64,000 bases of DNA from an uncultured Verrucomicrobiae bacterium (lineage in GTDB: Bacteria; Chlamydiota; Chlamydiia; Chlamydiales; Rhabdochlamydiaceae), in NCBI GenBank assembly GCA_963813135.1, contig CAWEXY010000021.1:142075-206074 (forward strand), given 5' to 3'. Below the pieces are notes generated by a model. That model was given only the letters and a program-made list of their open reading frames with translations, had not been told where the DNA came from and made no database searches. Below are positions 39,673 to 49,825 of this stretch, piece by piece. How positions within the stretch are numbered: position 1 is the first letter of the stretch; the number at the start of each line of letters is the position of its first letter. The position numbers were made by a program, and so were the translations under genes.

Positions 39673-40432
39673 AAAGGATAAGAGTTGTGGCGGTAGCAAC
39701 ATTCAGGGAGTCGGCGACTCCGTTCATGGGAATGCGGATTTGAATATCGGCCGACTTCATCCAAACTTCCGACAGTCCCAGTTGTTCCGTGCCTACAGCG
39801 ATGGCGAGGGGGCCGGCAAGATCGGCGTCTGTATATTCCAAAGAGGCCGCGGGCGTAGCAGCCGCAATATCGATCTTATGGCCTTTCAGCCATTGAAATG
39901 TCTCAGCGCTTGTCGCTTCCACAACGGGCAGTGTGAAGAGAGTGCCGACGGATGCGCGTACGACGTTAGGGTTATAGATGTCGGTGCACCGATCGCAAAC
40001 GATGACGCCATCGACGCCCGCGGCATCGGCAGAGCGCAAAATAGTGCCCAGGTTGCCGGGCTTTTCGATCGCTTCCGCAACGACGAGAAAGGGAGTTTTG
40101 TTTTTGAACTGGATGTCTTTGAGCGTGTGCTTCATTTGGCGGGCGATCGCGATGAGCCCATCGGGACGGTCGCGGTAGGAGATTTTTTCAAAAAGATGGT
40201 TTGGAAGTTCGTGGGGTTTCAGAGGAATTTGGGCAAGAAGTGTATTTTCGTTTGTTCCTAAGAAAAGATCGGGGCAGATGAACACCGCAACAAATTGGAC
40301 GCCGCCTTTGACCGCGCGGCTGATCTCTCTGTAGCCTTCGATGAGAAAAAGGCCACTGCTATCGCGCTCTTTTCTGTCGCGTAAATGGAGGAGCTGTTTG
40401 ATCTTGGGGTTTTGCGCGCTACTAATCTGCAT
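39632..40432 (-). CDS. TrmH/SpoU family RNA methyltransferase
   Basis: PGNLGTILRSADAAG, GTEQLGL, IPMNGVADSLNV. Confidence 0.93.
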   Translation of the reverse strand: MQISSAQNPKIKQLLHLRDRKERDSSGLFLIEGYREISRAVKGGVQFVAVFICPDLFLGTNENTLLAQIPLKPHELPNHLFEKISYRDRPDGLIAIARQMKHTLKDIQFKNKTPFLVVAEAIEKPGNLGTILRSADAAGVDGVIVCDRCTDIYNPNVVRASVGTLFTLPVVEATSAETFQWLKGHKIDIAAATPAASLEYTDADLAGPLAIAVGTEQLGLSEVWMKSADIQIRIPMNGVADSLNVATATTLILYEVLRQRKHRFPG

Positions 40433-41243
40433 GCCACCTCGCGTAGGTGCCAGACGGCAGGTCGAGCTCCGTCGAGGGAATGATGAGCTCGCCGCTCGAG
40501 ATCGTTCCCTCGCGCTTCTTGAGGACCTGATGCAGAAGATGGTCGAGAACGAGCGGAGTGTAACCAGGGGTATGGCAGGTCAGGAGAAGAAAGCGGGCTT
40601 TTTTCGAGAGGAGCTGGACGCAAAGATCGAGGATGGGAATAAGATCGCGCTCGATTTTAAACACTTCGCCTTTGTTGCCGCGGCCGAATGTGGGAGGATC
40701 GAGAAGAATGCCCTCATAAGTCACGCCGCGGCGCACTTCGCGCGTTAGAAATTTCAGCACATCGTCGATGATCCAGCGGATCGGCGCCTTTTCTAAATCG
40801 TTGAGCGCGGCATTTTCGCGCGCCCACGTGATAATCCCTTTAGAGGCGTCGACGTGGCAGAGCTTGGCCCCTTTTTTTGCGAGGAACAGCGTGGCGCCGC
40901 CGGTGTAGGCGAAGAGGTTGAGGACATTGTCGTTTTTTTCGATGCGCTCGCCCATCCACTTCCATAGGAGGCCGTGCTCAGGGAAAAGCCCCACATGGCC
41001 AAAGTCCGTTGGAGCAATTTTAAAATCGATGCCTTGCCAGGACGTGACCCACGAAGCGGGAAGGTGGCGGGATTTTTTCCACTGGTTCGAAGGCAGTCGA
41101 GAAAATGTGGCGTCCGCTTTATCCCACGCAGTTTTGGGAAGCTGGGGCCTCCAAACAGCCTGCGCACTCGGACGCGAAAGGAGAACATCCCCAAAACGCT
41201 CCAACTTTTGCTCATCTCCGCTGTCGATTAGGGTGTAGGTCAT
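40422..41243 (-). CDS. Class I SAM-dependent (RlmI-like) methyltransferase
   Basis: HVGLFPEH, VLNLFAYTGG, LLDPPTFGRG. Confidence 0.9.
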   Translation of the reverse strand: MTYTLIDSGDEQKLERFGDVLLSRPSAQAVWRPQLPKTAWDKADATFSRLPSNQWKKSRHLPASWVTSWQGIDFKIAPTDFGHVGLFPEHGLLWKWMGERIEKNDNVLNLFAYTGGATLFLAKKGAKLCHVDASKGIITWARENAALNDLEKAPIRWIIDDVLKFLTREVRRGVTYEGILLDPPTFGRGNKGEVFKIERDLIPILDLCVQLLSKKARFLLLTCHTPGYTPLVLDHLLHQVLKKREGTISSGELIIPSTELDLPSGTYARWHAD

Positions 41244-42346
41244 AAATGCATCCACAAGAAAGAAAGAAGGCGTTTCGAGGTCATTTGAACGATGGACTCT
41301 CGATTTCCCTTGAGCACGAAGGTGTCGATAACAGGCGCCTTGCCGCGTTCTCCTAGCGCATACCAAATAGTGCCCACCGGTTTTTCAGCGGTGCCCCCGC
41401 TGGGGCCAGCGATGCCCGAGACGGCGATGCCGTAATCGGCATCGGTGGCTTTGAAAAGGCCTTGGAGCATTTCAGCAACCGTTGCACGGCTGACGGCGCC
41501 CTGTTTCTGCAGCGTTGCGGGAGAGACGTCGAGGAGTTTTGTTTTGAGCTCATTGGAATAGGTGACGAGCGACCCGAGAAAATACTGGGAGGCGCCGGGA
41601 AGCGCTGTCAAAAGTGTAGAGATCGTCCCGCCGGTGCAGGACTCCGCAAGGGCTAGTTTTTTTTTGTGGGAGATCATCCAGTTGTGGATCGCCTCTTCGA
41701 CGTTGCCGCTCTCGGCAGTAAATACATGCTTAGCAAATTTGGAAGAGATTTCCTCTGTAGCGGCGTCGATGGGATTTTTGGAAAGCGCGAAGAGAGCGAC
41801 GGAGAGTTTTCCGTAGCTGGGATAAATGCCGATGTCGAGCGAGGGATATTTTTGCTGCAGATTTCGCAGCAGCGGATCGATCTCTTGTTCGTTCAAAAAA
41901 CATAAGTGGATTTTTTTTCTAAAGCCGCGCGCGGGAAATATTTTTTGCAAGGCGGGAAGAACATGCAAGTCGAACATCGCGTGCATTTCTTGGGGAACGC
42001 CAGGAAGGAGGAAAAGATATTTGCCATTTTCAACGTACTGAAAACCAGGCGCCGATCCCACAGGGTTCGAGAGCTCTTTAGGAGCGCTTGTGCACACCTG
42101 CGCAGCAGCCGTGGCCGTCAGATCGTCGATGGTCGGGCCCAGACCGCCGGTGACAATGACGGCCGTGGACCTTTGCAGGGCCTCTTTGAGGCCTTGCACC
42201 ATGACCGGAATTTCGTCAGGGAGAACAGTGTGGCGGCTGATCATCCATCCCATTTCTGAAAATTTTCGGCCGATGTAGGACGCGTTTGTGTTTACGACCA
42301 TGCCGGAAAGGACTTCATTGCCGACCGCGACGACTTCAATAGACAT
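41240..42346 (-). CDS. cinA: CinA-like protein (MoCF domain + NMN deamidase)
   Basis: VGNEVLSG, TGGLGPT, LPGVP, AESCTGG, SGIAGPSGG. Confidence 0.93.
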   Translation of the reverse strand: MSIEVVAVGNEVLSGMVVNTNASYIGRKFSEMGWMISRHTVLPDEIPVMVQGLKEALQRSTAVIVTGGLGPTIDDLTATAAAQVCTSAPKELSNPVGSAPGFQYVENGKYLFLLPGVPQEMHAMFDLHVLPALQKIFPARGFRKKIHLCFLNEQEIDPLLRNLQQKYPSLDIGIYPSYGKLSVALFALSKNPIDAATEEISSKFAKHVFTAESGNVEEAIHNWMISHKKKLALAESCTGGTISTLLTALPGASQYFLGSLVTYSNELKTKLLDVSPATLQKQGAVSRATVAEMLQGLFKATDADYGIAVSGIAGPSGGTAEKPVGTIWYALGERGKAPVIDTFVLKGNRESIVQMTSKRLLSFLWMHL

Positions 42347-43013
42347 GAATTTTTAGTCCTTTTGAAAGAAGCTGTGGATGGCGATGGATCCACGAAAAGC
42401 AATTTTTCCCCAGCCGCAGAGGAGTGGCAACCTTCTGATCTTTCCATAGGAAGGTCGTCGGCACAGTGTGCGCCCGGATCCAGCGGCCCATCGTTTGGAA
42501 TAAAGTTGTGTTGGCAAATTGCGCGCCGACTTTTTCGAATTCGGCGTTTTGGAAGATTTGAGGATAAGCGATCTGGATCCCCCAAGCGACGCTCTCTTCG
42601 CTGAAGACGAGAGGGTAGATTTTTCCATCGACGGCAGAAGGTAGAAAGTAATGCGCCTGCAGCTGAATGACAGGCTGGCACGGTTTAACTAGGTAAGATC
42701 CTTCGCGGACCATTTGGAGATAAAGAGCATCGGGCGAGCAAGAGAGGGCGGAAGAAAAAAAGCGGCGCATCTCGCGCGGAAATTGCAAGGAGCCGCTTTG
42801 CAAAGCGGCGATATAGCCTCTATATACTTGCAAAAATGCTGAGAGGGAAAGCTCCGGCTCGCTCGTAACTTCTGCCACATTGTACAAGCGAAAATCGCTT
42901 AATGCGGAAAAGAACTCCTCCATCTCCATGGAATCGATCAACATTTGATGTTTGAGCCATTTGGAGACATTATAAGGCTCTGCGGCCTTATTAATTCTCA
43001 AGTGTTGGAGCAT
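42336..43013 (-). CDS. Hypothetical protein in the operon
   Basis: ORF overlaps lspA and cinA in operon fashion. Confidence 0.75.
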   Translation of the reverse strand: MLQHLRINKAAEPYNVSKWLKHQMLIDSMEMEEFFSALSDFRLYNVAEVTSEPELSLSAFLQVYRGYIAALQSGSLQFPREMRRFFSSALSCSPDALYLQMVREGSYLVKPCQPVIQLQAHYFLPSAVDGKIYPLVFSEESVAWGIQIAYPQIFQNAEFEKVGAQFANTTLFQTMGRWIRAHTVPTTFLWKDQKVATPLRLGKNCFSWIHRHPQLLSKGLKIHVY

Positions 43014-43506
43014 AAGAGCGCTTTTTAAAATAAGGGATAAGGATCATCCCGCAAATTCCGAGGAAAATCGAAGCATCCGCGATGTTGAAAACCGGATAGG
43101 AATATCCCCAAAAGATGAAATGAAAGATATCGACGACATGCCCGTAGAGGAAAAAATCGACGATGTTTCCGACAGCCCCGGTGACGATGAGCGTCAAAGG
43201 GATTTGAAAGGGCCGCGATTTGGGAGAAAAGACCATGTAACCAATGAGCGCTAAGACGATAAGGATACGGCCCGCGACGATCAAAAATGGCATCTCTCCA
43301 AATAATCCCCAAGCGATGCCGTGGTTCGCGACGTAGTTGAGGCAAAAATCGATGCCTAAAAAATTATGAAAGACAGCGACGCCGCCATAGGGAAAAGCAG
43401 GAGAATACTGCATGGGATGCAAGAAAAAGGATGCCAAGCCCTTGGCCACGTAGTCGAGGCAAAAGATTGGAATAGCAAGCGCGAGCAGTTTCAAAACGCC
43501 TTTCAC
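42991..43506 (-). CDS. lspA: Lipoprotein signal peptidase II
   Basis: NHGIAWG, GAVGNIVD, VVDIF, VFNIAD. Confidence 0.95.
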   Translation of the reverse strand: MKGVLKLLALAIPIFCLDYVAKGLASFFLHPMQYSPAFPYGGVAVFHNFLGIDFCLNYVANHGIAWGLFGEMPFLIVAGRILIVLALIGYMVFSPKSRPFQIPLTLIVTGAVGNIVDFFLYGHVVDIFHFIFWGYSYPVFNIADASIFLGICGMILIPYFKKRSYAPTLEN

Positions 43507-43871
43507 TGGATTAGTCCCTTTTCAAGCATGTCTTGAGCTTTCACCGTCATCGTCGCGTATGGGATCGCCTCCAGCCTGGGAAGAGGAATTTCTTCGCCGC
43601 TGATATCGCAGATTCCATAAGTATTATCCTCGATTTTTTCGAGAGCGCGATCGATTTGGCGAAGGATTTTAAATTCTTCGTCGGAGACTTGAAGGCTGAT
43701 GCTGCGATCAAAGTCGTCGGTGCCTTCATCCGCCTGATGCTGGGAATATCCCTTAGCTTCTTCAGGAGTTTTGACTTCTTCCGTTGTGTTGCGCGCCAGC
43801 TGCATCATCTGAGCTTTCATCTCTTCCAAGCGCTTTTTAAATCTAGCTATATCACTCTTTTTTAGCGGCAT
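43503..43871 (-). CDS. dksA: DksA/TraR family protein
   Basis: HQADEGTD, IDRALEKI, YGICDISGEEIPLPRLEAIPYA. Confidence 0.9.
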   Translation of the reverse strand: MPLKKSDIARFKKRLEEMKAQMMQLARNTTEEVKTPEEAKGYSQHQADEGTDDFDRSISLQVSDEEFKILRQIDRALEKIEDNTYGICDISGEEIPLPRLEAIPYATMTVKAQDMLEKGLIQ

Positions 43872-44331
43872 ATTCTGTTTCCTCTGCAGGAGTTATACTT
43901 TGAATTTCATCCATTAGTTCATCAACATCGTTAAACCGGCGATATACACAAGCAAATCGTATATATGCGATCGAATCGAGTTCCTTGAGATGCCTTATGA
44001 CGATCTCTCCTAGTTCCGTTGTTTCGATCTCCCGCACCTGCCGTTCCGTCAAATCGGCAGCAATTTGCGATGCGATCGCCCGCACTTGATCGTGGCTGAT
44101 CCTCGTGTGGCGGCAAGCCGCATCCATTCCGCGGATGAGCTTTTCTTGGTTAAAATCTTCATAGCGTCCATCGCGCTTATGGACCTGAATCGTTAAATCC
44201 AGCGTTTCAAACGTCGTAAAGCGCTTAGCGCATTGCAAGCACTCTCGGCGGCGGCGGATCGCGTTTTGATCTACGGCATTACGCGAATCCGTCACCTTCG
44301 ATTCTTCAAAACTGCAAAAAGGGCAGCGCAT
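43852..44331 (-). CDS. nrdR: Transcriptional repressor NrdR
   Basis: MRCPFC, IRRRREC, RFTTFE, ATP cone, AYIRFACVY. Confidence 0.97.
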   Translation of the reverse strand: MRCPFCSFEESKVTDSRNAVDQNAIRRRRECLQCAKRFTTFETLDLTIQVHKRDGRYEDFNQEKLIRGMDAACRHTRISHDQVRAIASQIAADLTERQVREIETTELGEIVIRHLKELDSIAYIRFACVYRRFNDVDELMDEIQSITPAEETEYAAKKE

Positions 44332-44391
44332 CTTATTTCCTTAAGATTCCACTTTTAGCCGTGCGAAAGATTATTTTCAAACCTTAAAAAT

Positions 44392-44485
44392 TTCGGAGGA
44401 GGTGGGATGGACTTCGGCCCTAAGGCCTTCGCCCCTTCGGGGTGGCCCTTTCGGGCCATCTTCCCACCTCTCTCCTCACTACGTT
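44392..44485 (-). repeat. tRNA-Ser 3'-end duplication enclosing a GC-rich multi-hairpin
   Basis: TTCGGAGGAGGTGGGAT at 44392-44408 and 44484-44500. Confidence 0.8.
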
Positions 44486-44573
44486 CGGAGGAGGTGGGAT
44501 TCGAACCCACGAAACGTTTATCACGTTTACACGCTTTCCAAGCGTGCTCCATCGGCCACTCGGACACTCCTCC
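44486..44573 (-). tRNA. tRNA-Ser(GGA), CCA not encoded
   Basis: GGAGGAG acceptor stem, CACGC-TTGGAAA-GCGTG anticodon arm, long variable arm, GGTTCGAATCC. Confidence 0.96.
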
Positions 44574-44660
44574 AGGAGCAGAATAGAATATCTGCTTGCT
44601 GGATATGCGACAAGCGGAATTTTAGTTGCTAACAATAGGCGAAAGAAGGATATTTCATAT

Positions 44661-45488
44661 GTGAAATCGTGTTATTTTTTATTTGCACTTTTGTTCGCTT
44701 TATGGGGATGCCAGCCTTCCGAGCCCTCCGCAAATGTCCTTGTCACAGTACCCCCTTATGCCGCGTTTGTCGAAAGAATCGCTGGCGACAAATTGCGCGT
44801 GGATGTACTTGTGCCGCCAGGAACAAATCCTCACATCTATGAACCTACCCCCAGACAGGTAGAGAAAATTTTAAATGTTCACATCTGGTTTCGCTTGGGG
44901 GAAAGCATTGAATCGCGTGTATTAGAGGCGATGCAAGAACGCAACTCCGAATTGATCGTTGTGGACCTGACAAAGGGCTTTGGCCTGCGGTATGAAGGAG
45001 AAGAAGGCCTCGATCGCCATTTATGGATGAGTCCCCTGCTCGCTATAGAGCAATGCAAAATCATAGCCCAGTCGCTCGAGGAAGCCTATCCGCAGTATAA
45101 AGAAACTTTTCAAACGGGACTCAACTCCCTAGTGAAAGACCTAGAAGCTCTCGATGTAGAGCTAAAGAAAGAGTTGGCTCCGATAAAAGGGCAGGCGATG
45201 ATTGTCTCCCATCCGGCCTTCGGATATTTTTGCGATGAGTTCGGACTGCAGCAACTGTCTATTGAGGTTGAAGGAAAAGACCCCCTCCCTAAAGACATAC
45301 AAAATATTTTGGAAGCGGCTAAAAAAACGAGCGTAAGAGCTGTTTTTATTCTTCCTCAGTATAATAATAAGGGAGCTCTCCTTATCGCGAAAAACCTCCA
45401 TTTGCCCGTCTTTGAGATCGACCCCATTTCGAAAGATTATTTTGAAACTATGCGTAAATTAGGAAACTTTCTTGCCAAAAGCGATTGA
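44661..45488 (+). CDS. znuA: Zn/Mn ABC transporter substrate-binding lipoprotein
   Basis: Lipobox LWGC, NPHIYEPTP, DRHLWMSP, HPAFGYF; GTG start inferred. Confidence 0.88.
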   Translation: MKSCYFLFALLFALWGCQPSEPSANVLVTVPPYAAFVERIAGDKLRVDVLVPPGTNPHIYEPTPRQVEKILNVHIWFRLGESIESRVLEAMQERNSELIVVDLTKGFGLRYEGEEGLDRHLWMSPLLAIEQCKIIAQSLEEAYPQYKETFQTGLNSLVKDLEALDVELKKELAPIKGQAMIVSHPAFGYFCDEFGLQQLSIEVEGKDPLPKDIQNILEAAKKTSVRAVFILPQYNNKGALLIAKNLHLPVFEIDPISKDYFETMRKLGNFLAKSD

Positions 45489-46176
45489 AACGACCAGTGT
45501 CACATTTGGCTATGACACGCACCTTCCTGTGATTGAAAATGCCACCATCTCTGTTGAAGAGGGAGAGTTCATCGCTCTTTTTGGGCCTAACGGCGGCGGC
45601 AAGACAACCTTGCTGAAGCTCCTCATGGGTTTTTGCAAGCCGCAGCAGGGAACTATCGCTGTTTTGGGAAAGACCCCCGAGCAAGCCCGCTCCCACATCG
45701 GTTATGTCCCGCAATTTGCTTCCTTTGACAAGCAATTTCCGATTTCAGCCCTCGAAGTTGTCATGATGGGAGCTCTGTCCATGCCCCGAAAAGTGGCTAA
45801 ACAACGGGCCATAGAAGCTTTAACGCAAGTGCGATTACAAGACTTGGCGCAGCAGCCTTTCGGGACCTTATCCGGCGGCCAGGCGCAGCGCGTCCTCATC
45901 GCTCGGGCCTTGACGGCAGCGCCGCAGCTCCTTCTGCTCGATGAGCCGACCGCTAGCATCGATAGAGAGACCGAAGAAGAAATTTACGCCCTGCTTGAAC
46001 AACTCAGAAAGAAAATGACCATTTTGATGGTCACGCATGATCTGCACACGGTCCTTGAGCGCGTAGACCGGTTCATATCGGTCCATCGGGCCGTCCATGC
46101 TTTTTCTCCGGCAGAAGTCTGCCATCACTTCGTCCATGGCCTATATCACCCACCCCAAGATGCGAGGCTGCGATGA
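45472..46176 (+). CDS. znuC: Metal ABC transporter ATPase
   Basis: GPNGGGKTT, GYVPQ, LSGGQAQR, LLDEP. Confidence 0.9.
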   Translation: MPKAIETTSVTFGYDTHLPVIENATISVEEGEFIALFGPNGGGKTTLLKLLMGFCKPQQGTIAVLGKTPEQARSHIGYVPQFASFDKQFPISALEVVMMGALSMPRKVAKQRAIEALTQVRLQDLAQQPFGTLSGGQAQRVLIARALTAAPQLLLLDEPTASIDRETEEEIYALLEQLRKKMTILMVTHDLHTVLERVDRFISVHRAVHAFSPAEVCHHFVHGLYHPPQDARLR

Positions 46177-46985
46177 ACCCTTTTCTTCCTATGGCTTTGC
46201 TCGCAGGGTGCGTGGCGGCTGTCACTAGCGGCATCATGGGTTCCTACATCGTCGTCAAACGCATTGTTTTTCTTAGCGGCAGCATTGCGCATAGCGTACT
46301 CGGCGGTATGGGGCTTTTCTTATGGCTCAAAAGAGTCCATGGAGTCACTTGCATCACCCCTCTCCAAGGAGCGCTTGTAGCGGCGATCCTTTCGGCGTTT
46401 GTGATTGGGTGGATCCACCTGCGCTATCGCGAGAGGGAAGACACGGTCATCGCCGCGATTTGGTCGACAGGAATGGCCATCGGAGTGATTTTTATTTCCC
46501 TCACGCCTGGATATAATGTCGAGCTGATGAACTTTCTCTTTGGGAATATCCTATGGGTGACAAAGAGCGATATTTATCTTCTGATCGGGCTCGATTTCCT
46601 CGTCATCCTATCCACCCTTCTTTGCTACCGCAAATTTCTCGCTGTCTCTTTCGATGAAGAACAGACAGCGCTCCAGGGCATTTCCGTTCATGGGTATTAT
46701 CTATTTTTGCTCTGTCTTGTTGCGATTTCAGTGGTTGTTCTCATTGAAGTGGTCGGAGCGATTTTAGTCATCACAATGCTCGCCATCCCCGCGGCGATCG
46801 CCGGAAGCTGGACGAAGAATCTAAAAAAGATGATGGGAATAGCCGTGCTCCTAGGCTGCCTATTCACAGGAGTGGGCTTGGGAGCCTCCTTCCAATTGAA
46901 TTGGCCGCCAGGAGCTACGATAGCTTTGGTCGCTGCCCTATTTTATATAGGAAATTTTCTTAGAGCGAGCAATAGCGGTCGATAA
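46173..46985 (+). CDS. znuB: Metal ABC transporter permease
   Basis: IAHSVLGG, FLFGNIL, multiple TM helices. Confidence 0.9.
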   Translation: MNPFLPMALLAGCVAAVTSGIMGSYIVVKRIVFLSGSIAHSVLGGMGLFLWLKRVHGVTCITPLQGALVAAILSAFVIGWIHLRYREREDTVIAAIWSTGMAIGVIFISLTPGYNVELMNFLFGNILWVTKSDIYLLIGLDFLVILSTLLCYRKFLAVSFDEEQTALQGISVHGYYLFLLCLVAISVVVLIEVVGAILVITMLAIPAAIAGSWTKNLKKMMGIAVLLGCLFTGVGLGASFQLNWPPGATIALVAALFYIGNFLRASNSGR

Positions 46986-47100
46986 ATGTACGCCAGCCGC
47001 TTTTCTTTTGTTGAGGTTGATTTTTTTCTGGTCTAGGATGTTTTCTAGCTTTTGGCATAGCTTTCATGGGCATTTCTTGTTCTTTTTGTCGTCTTTTCAT
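46960..47100 (-). CDS. Small basic hypothetical protein (46 aa)
   Basis: MKRRQKEQEMPMKAMPKARKHPRPEKNQPQQKKSGWRTFIDRYCSL; RBS GGAGAG. Confidence 0.45.
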   Translation of the reverse strand: MKRRQKEQEMPMKAMPKARKHPRPEKNQPQQKKSGWRTFIDRYCSL

Positions 47101-47117
47101 ACATCTCTCCGCTTTGT

Positions 47118-47258
47118 TTATTTATTGAGAAGGTCCTCGGGTTTCATCCCTGAAATATTTCCTTGAGGAAGTTTCTTTTCTTCTTCCTTGGGAAGCCGAT
47201 GCTTTCGGTGCGTTTTGAACGTCACTTTAGAAGCTTTCTTTTTCCCAAATGGTTTCAC
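47118..47258 (-). CDS. Small basic hypothetical protein (46 aa)
   Basis: GTG start, MKPFGKKKASKVTFKTHRKHRLPKEEEKKLPQGNISGMKPEDLLNK; RBS GGGAG. Confidence 0.45.
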   Translation of the reverse strand: MKPFGKKKASKVTFKTHRKHRLPKEEEKKLPQGNISGMKPEDLLNK

Positions 47259-47393
47259 GAGAAATCTCCCTGAGGTATGTCCCACCCTCGTAGCTTCATG
47301 TTAAGAAATTATTTTATTTTTTGCAATGAGAATGAACGTTGTTGATGAGAAACAGTGTTTCCTCTATGATGTTTATTTAAACGAGGTAATTCC

Positions 47394-47705
47394 ATGTACG
47401 CGATTATTGAAACCGGCGGTAAACAATACCGTGTCGCAGAAGGCGATGTGATTGATGTTGAACTATTTGAGTCCAAAAAAGGCGAGGCCGTTGAGTTCAA
47501 AAACGTCCTTCTTTTGAGCAGCGGAGAGACAGTCAAAGTCGGGGCTCCCAACGTAGCAAATGCCCTTGTTAAGGGTGAGCTCGTGAACGAAGTCAAAGGA
47601 CCTAAAGTCGTTTCCTTTAAGTTCAAGCAGCGCAAAGGTATCCGCCGTAAAGTCGGCCACCGCCAACGCTATAATCGCGTCAAAATTACGGAGATCGTAG
47701 GATAA
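47394..47705 (+). CDS. rplU: 50S ribosomal protein L21
   Basis: MYAIIETGGKQYRV, GHRQ. Confidence 0.98.
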   Translation: MYAIIETGGKQYRVAEGDVIDVELFESKKGEAVEFKNVLLLSSGETVKVGAPNVANALVKGELVNEVKGPKVVSFKFKQRKGIRRKVGHRQRYNRVKITEIVG

Positions 47706-47872
47706 TAGACCTCTTTCTAAATTCGCTTTGGCTGGAAAAAACGAAGATTTTTCCATAGTTTTAAATACAGCCAACGAGACATACACGAAGTGTGTAGGCG
47801 AGGAGGCAGGATTTAAAACTATGGGAAAAGAACGTTTTTAACAGGTAAATGGAATTTTGAAATAGGTCTAAT

Positions 47873-48127
47873 ATGGCACATAAGAAAGGTCAGGGCGCCT
47901 CACGTAACGGGCGCGATTCACACTCTAAGAGACTCGGCGTCAAGGCGACGCATGGCACATTTGTCACCGCCGGCAGCATTCTTGTGCGCCAGCGCGGGAC
48001 CAAATGGCACCCCGCTAAAAACGTAGGACTCGGCCGCGATGACACCATCTTCGCGCTGATCGATGGGCTTGTCTCTTTCCGCAAAGGGGCACGCACCTAC
48101 GTATCTGTGCTTCCCGAAAGTGTATAA
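47873..48127 (+). CDS. rpmA: 50S ribosomal protein L27
   Basis: [25 protein letters not shown]. Confidence 0.98.
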   Translation: MAHKKGQGASRNGRDSHSKRLGVKATHGTFVTAGSILVRQRGTKWHPAKNVGLGRDDTIFALIDGLVSFRKGARTYVSVLPESV

Positions 48128-48130
48128 TCT

Positions 48131-49138
48131 ATGTTTGTCGACCGCGTTCGTTTAACCCTTACGGCAGGACGAGGCGGTAATGGGATCGTTGCTTGGCGGA
48201 GGGAAAAGTATATCCCCAAAGGGGGCCCCGCGGGAGGCGATGGAGGCAAAGGCGGCTCCATCTATTTCGAAACAAACCCCGAAAGCGTTTCTCTTGAAGG
48301 CCTGCGCAATAGACGTCTGATCAAAGCCCAAAACGGCGCCTCTGGCGGACCCAATTGCCGCACCGGCAAAAACGGCGAAGATCTCATCCTCACTATCCCC
48401 TGCGGAACCCTCATCAAAGATGCCCTCACCGGCGAAGTGTTATTTGACATCACCGATCAGCGCCAAGAGCTCATGTGCCGCGGCGGCAAAGGGGGCAAAG
48501 GAAACGACCGATTCAAATCGCCCACCAATCAAGCGCCCAATATTTGCACCGAAGGCCTTCCCGGCGAAGAGCGCGAAATCGAGCTCGAACTCAAGCTCAT
48601 CGCTGATATCGGCCTCATCGGCATGCCCAATGCCGGTAAATCCTCCATTATGCGCCAAGTCACCCACCTTCCCGTCAAAATCGGCGCCTATCCTTTCACC
48701 ACACTCTTCCCCAACCTCAGTTATATCCAATATCCCGACCAATCCCGCGTCCTCATCGCCGATATCCCCGGCATCATCGAAGGAGCTCACGACGATAAAG
48801 GCCTTGGCCTTGCCTTCCTGCGCCACATCGAGCGCACCTCCGCCCTGGTCTTCGTCATCGATATCTCCGGCTTCGAAGGCCGCGATCCCTTGGATGACTT
48901 TGCCGTCCTCCGCAGAGAATTAGAATCCTATGACCCCCAGCTCCTGGAAAAACCTTGCCTCGTCGTTCTCAACAAGATCGACGTCGAAGGCGCTCAAGAA
49001 AATGTTGAAAGATTCAGAGAAAAATACTCTTCGTTCGAAATCATGGAAATTTCTGCGCTGCAAGGAATTGGTCTTGAGCCCCTGGTGGGGCGATTAAGAG
49101 AATTGAAAGAGGGCTTTCATTCCTCAGTTCACATTTGA
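48131..49138 (+). CDS. obgE: GTPase Obg
   Basis: Gly-rich Obg domain, GMPNAGKS, YPFTT, DIPG, NKID. Confidence 0.97.
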   Translation: MFVDRVRLTLTAGRGGNGIVAWRREKYIPKGGPAGGDGGKGGSIYFETNPESVSLEGLRNRRLIKAQNGASGGPNCRTGKNGEDLILTIPCGTLIKDALTGEVLFDITDQRQELMCRGGKGGKGNDRFKSPTNQAPNICTEGLPGEEREIELELKLIADIGLIGMPNAGKSSIMRQVTHLPVKIGAYPFTTLFPNLSYIQYPDQSRVLIADIPGIIEGAHDDKGLGLAFLRHIERTSALVFVIDISGFEGRDPLDDFAVLRRELESYDPQLLEKPCLVVLNKIDVEGAQENVERFREKYSSFEIMEISALQGIGLEPLVGRLRELKEGFHSSVHI

Positions 49139-49206
49139 CTTTTCGTGCAAAATTACGAAGTCTCTTTAATTTTCGCTAATATTTGAGAGATATTTTCCTC
49201 TAGAAA

Positions 49207-49825
49207 TTGCTCTGCTGTCTTACAGATAATATCAGGAGCTTTTGGGACATCAAATGCCACATTCAAACCCGCAAGCAACACACTATCCCCGCTATTGTAT
49301 CGTCGATAAAGGGCCTTAACATCTCTCTTCATGCATGTCTCATCGCAACCTTAACTTTTTCTCTGAGATCCTCCCTAGGAGCAACAAATGCAGTTATGAC
49401 ATATCTCATTGATTTAAAATGCCTTATGGACAAATCAATGCACTTGGGCTGATGCAATACACTCGCCAGCCGAAGAAGACTTGCTTTCTCCCGCCGAACT
49501 GCAAAATATCGCCAATAGTCTTGCTTCTATTGCAAAAAATAAACTAGAAGCGGGCACGAGAGCTTTGTTGGAAGAAGGTGAAAAAATTTCTCCTTCAGAT
49601 GCCTACCTCTCTGTCTACCAACTTCTTTTGAATTTAGGAGAATCTATTGTCCGCTGTGAAGATAGAACCGCATTCCTTTCAACAAGTTTATTTATTTTTT
49701 GGGCGGCTGACACACTCATGCGCTTTGAAAAGAGCCCCGATGAACAAATCAAGGCTTTGGGAAAGCGTCTTTTGCAAAACTACATAGCAACAGCTGCGCT
49801 TGTTGAAAAACAAAGAGTGAATTAA
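49207..49825 (+). pseudogene. Probable degraded hypothetical gene (two ORF pieces in different frames)
   Basis: ORFs 49207..49452 and 49481..49825, no clear start or RBS. Confidence 0.3.

Noticed and set aside
44442..44660. 5' extension of znuA
   Set aside because: Runs antisense over tRNA-Ser; the lipoprotein signal begins at GTG 44661
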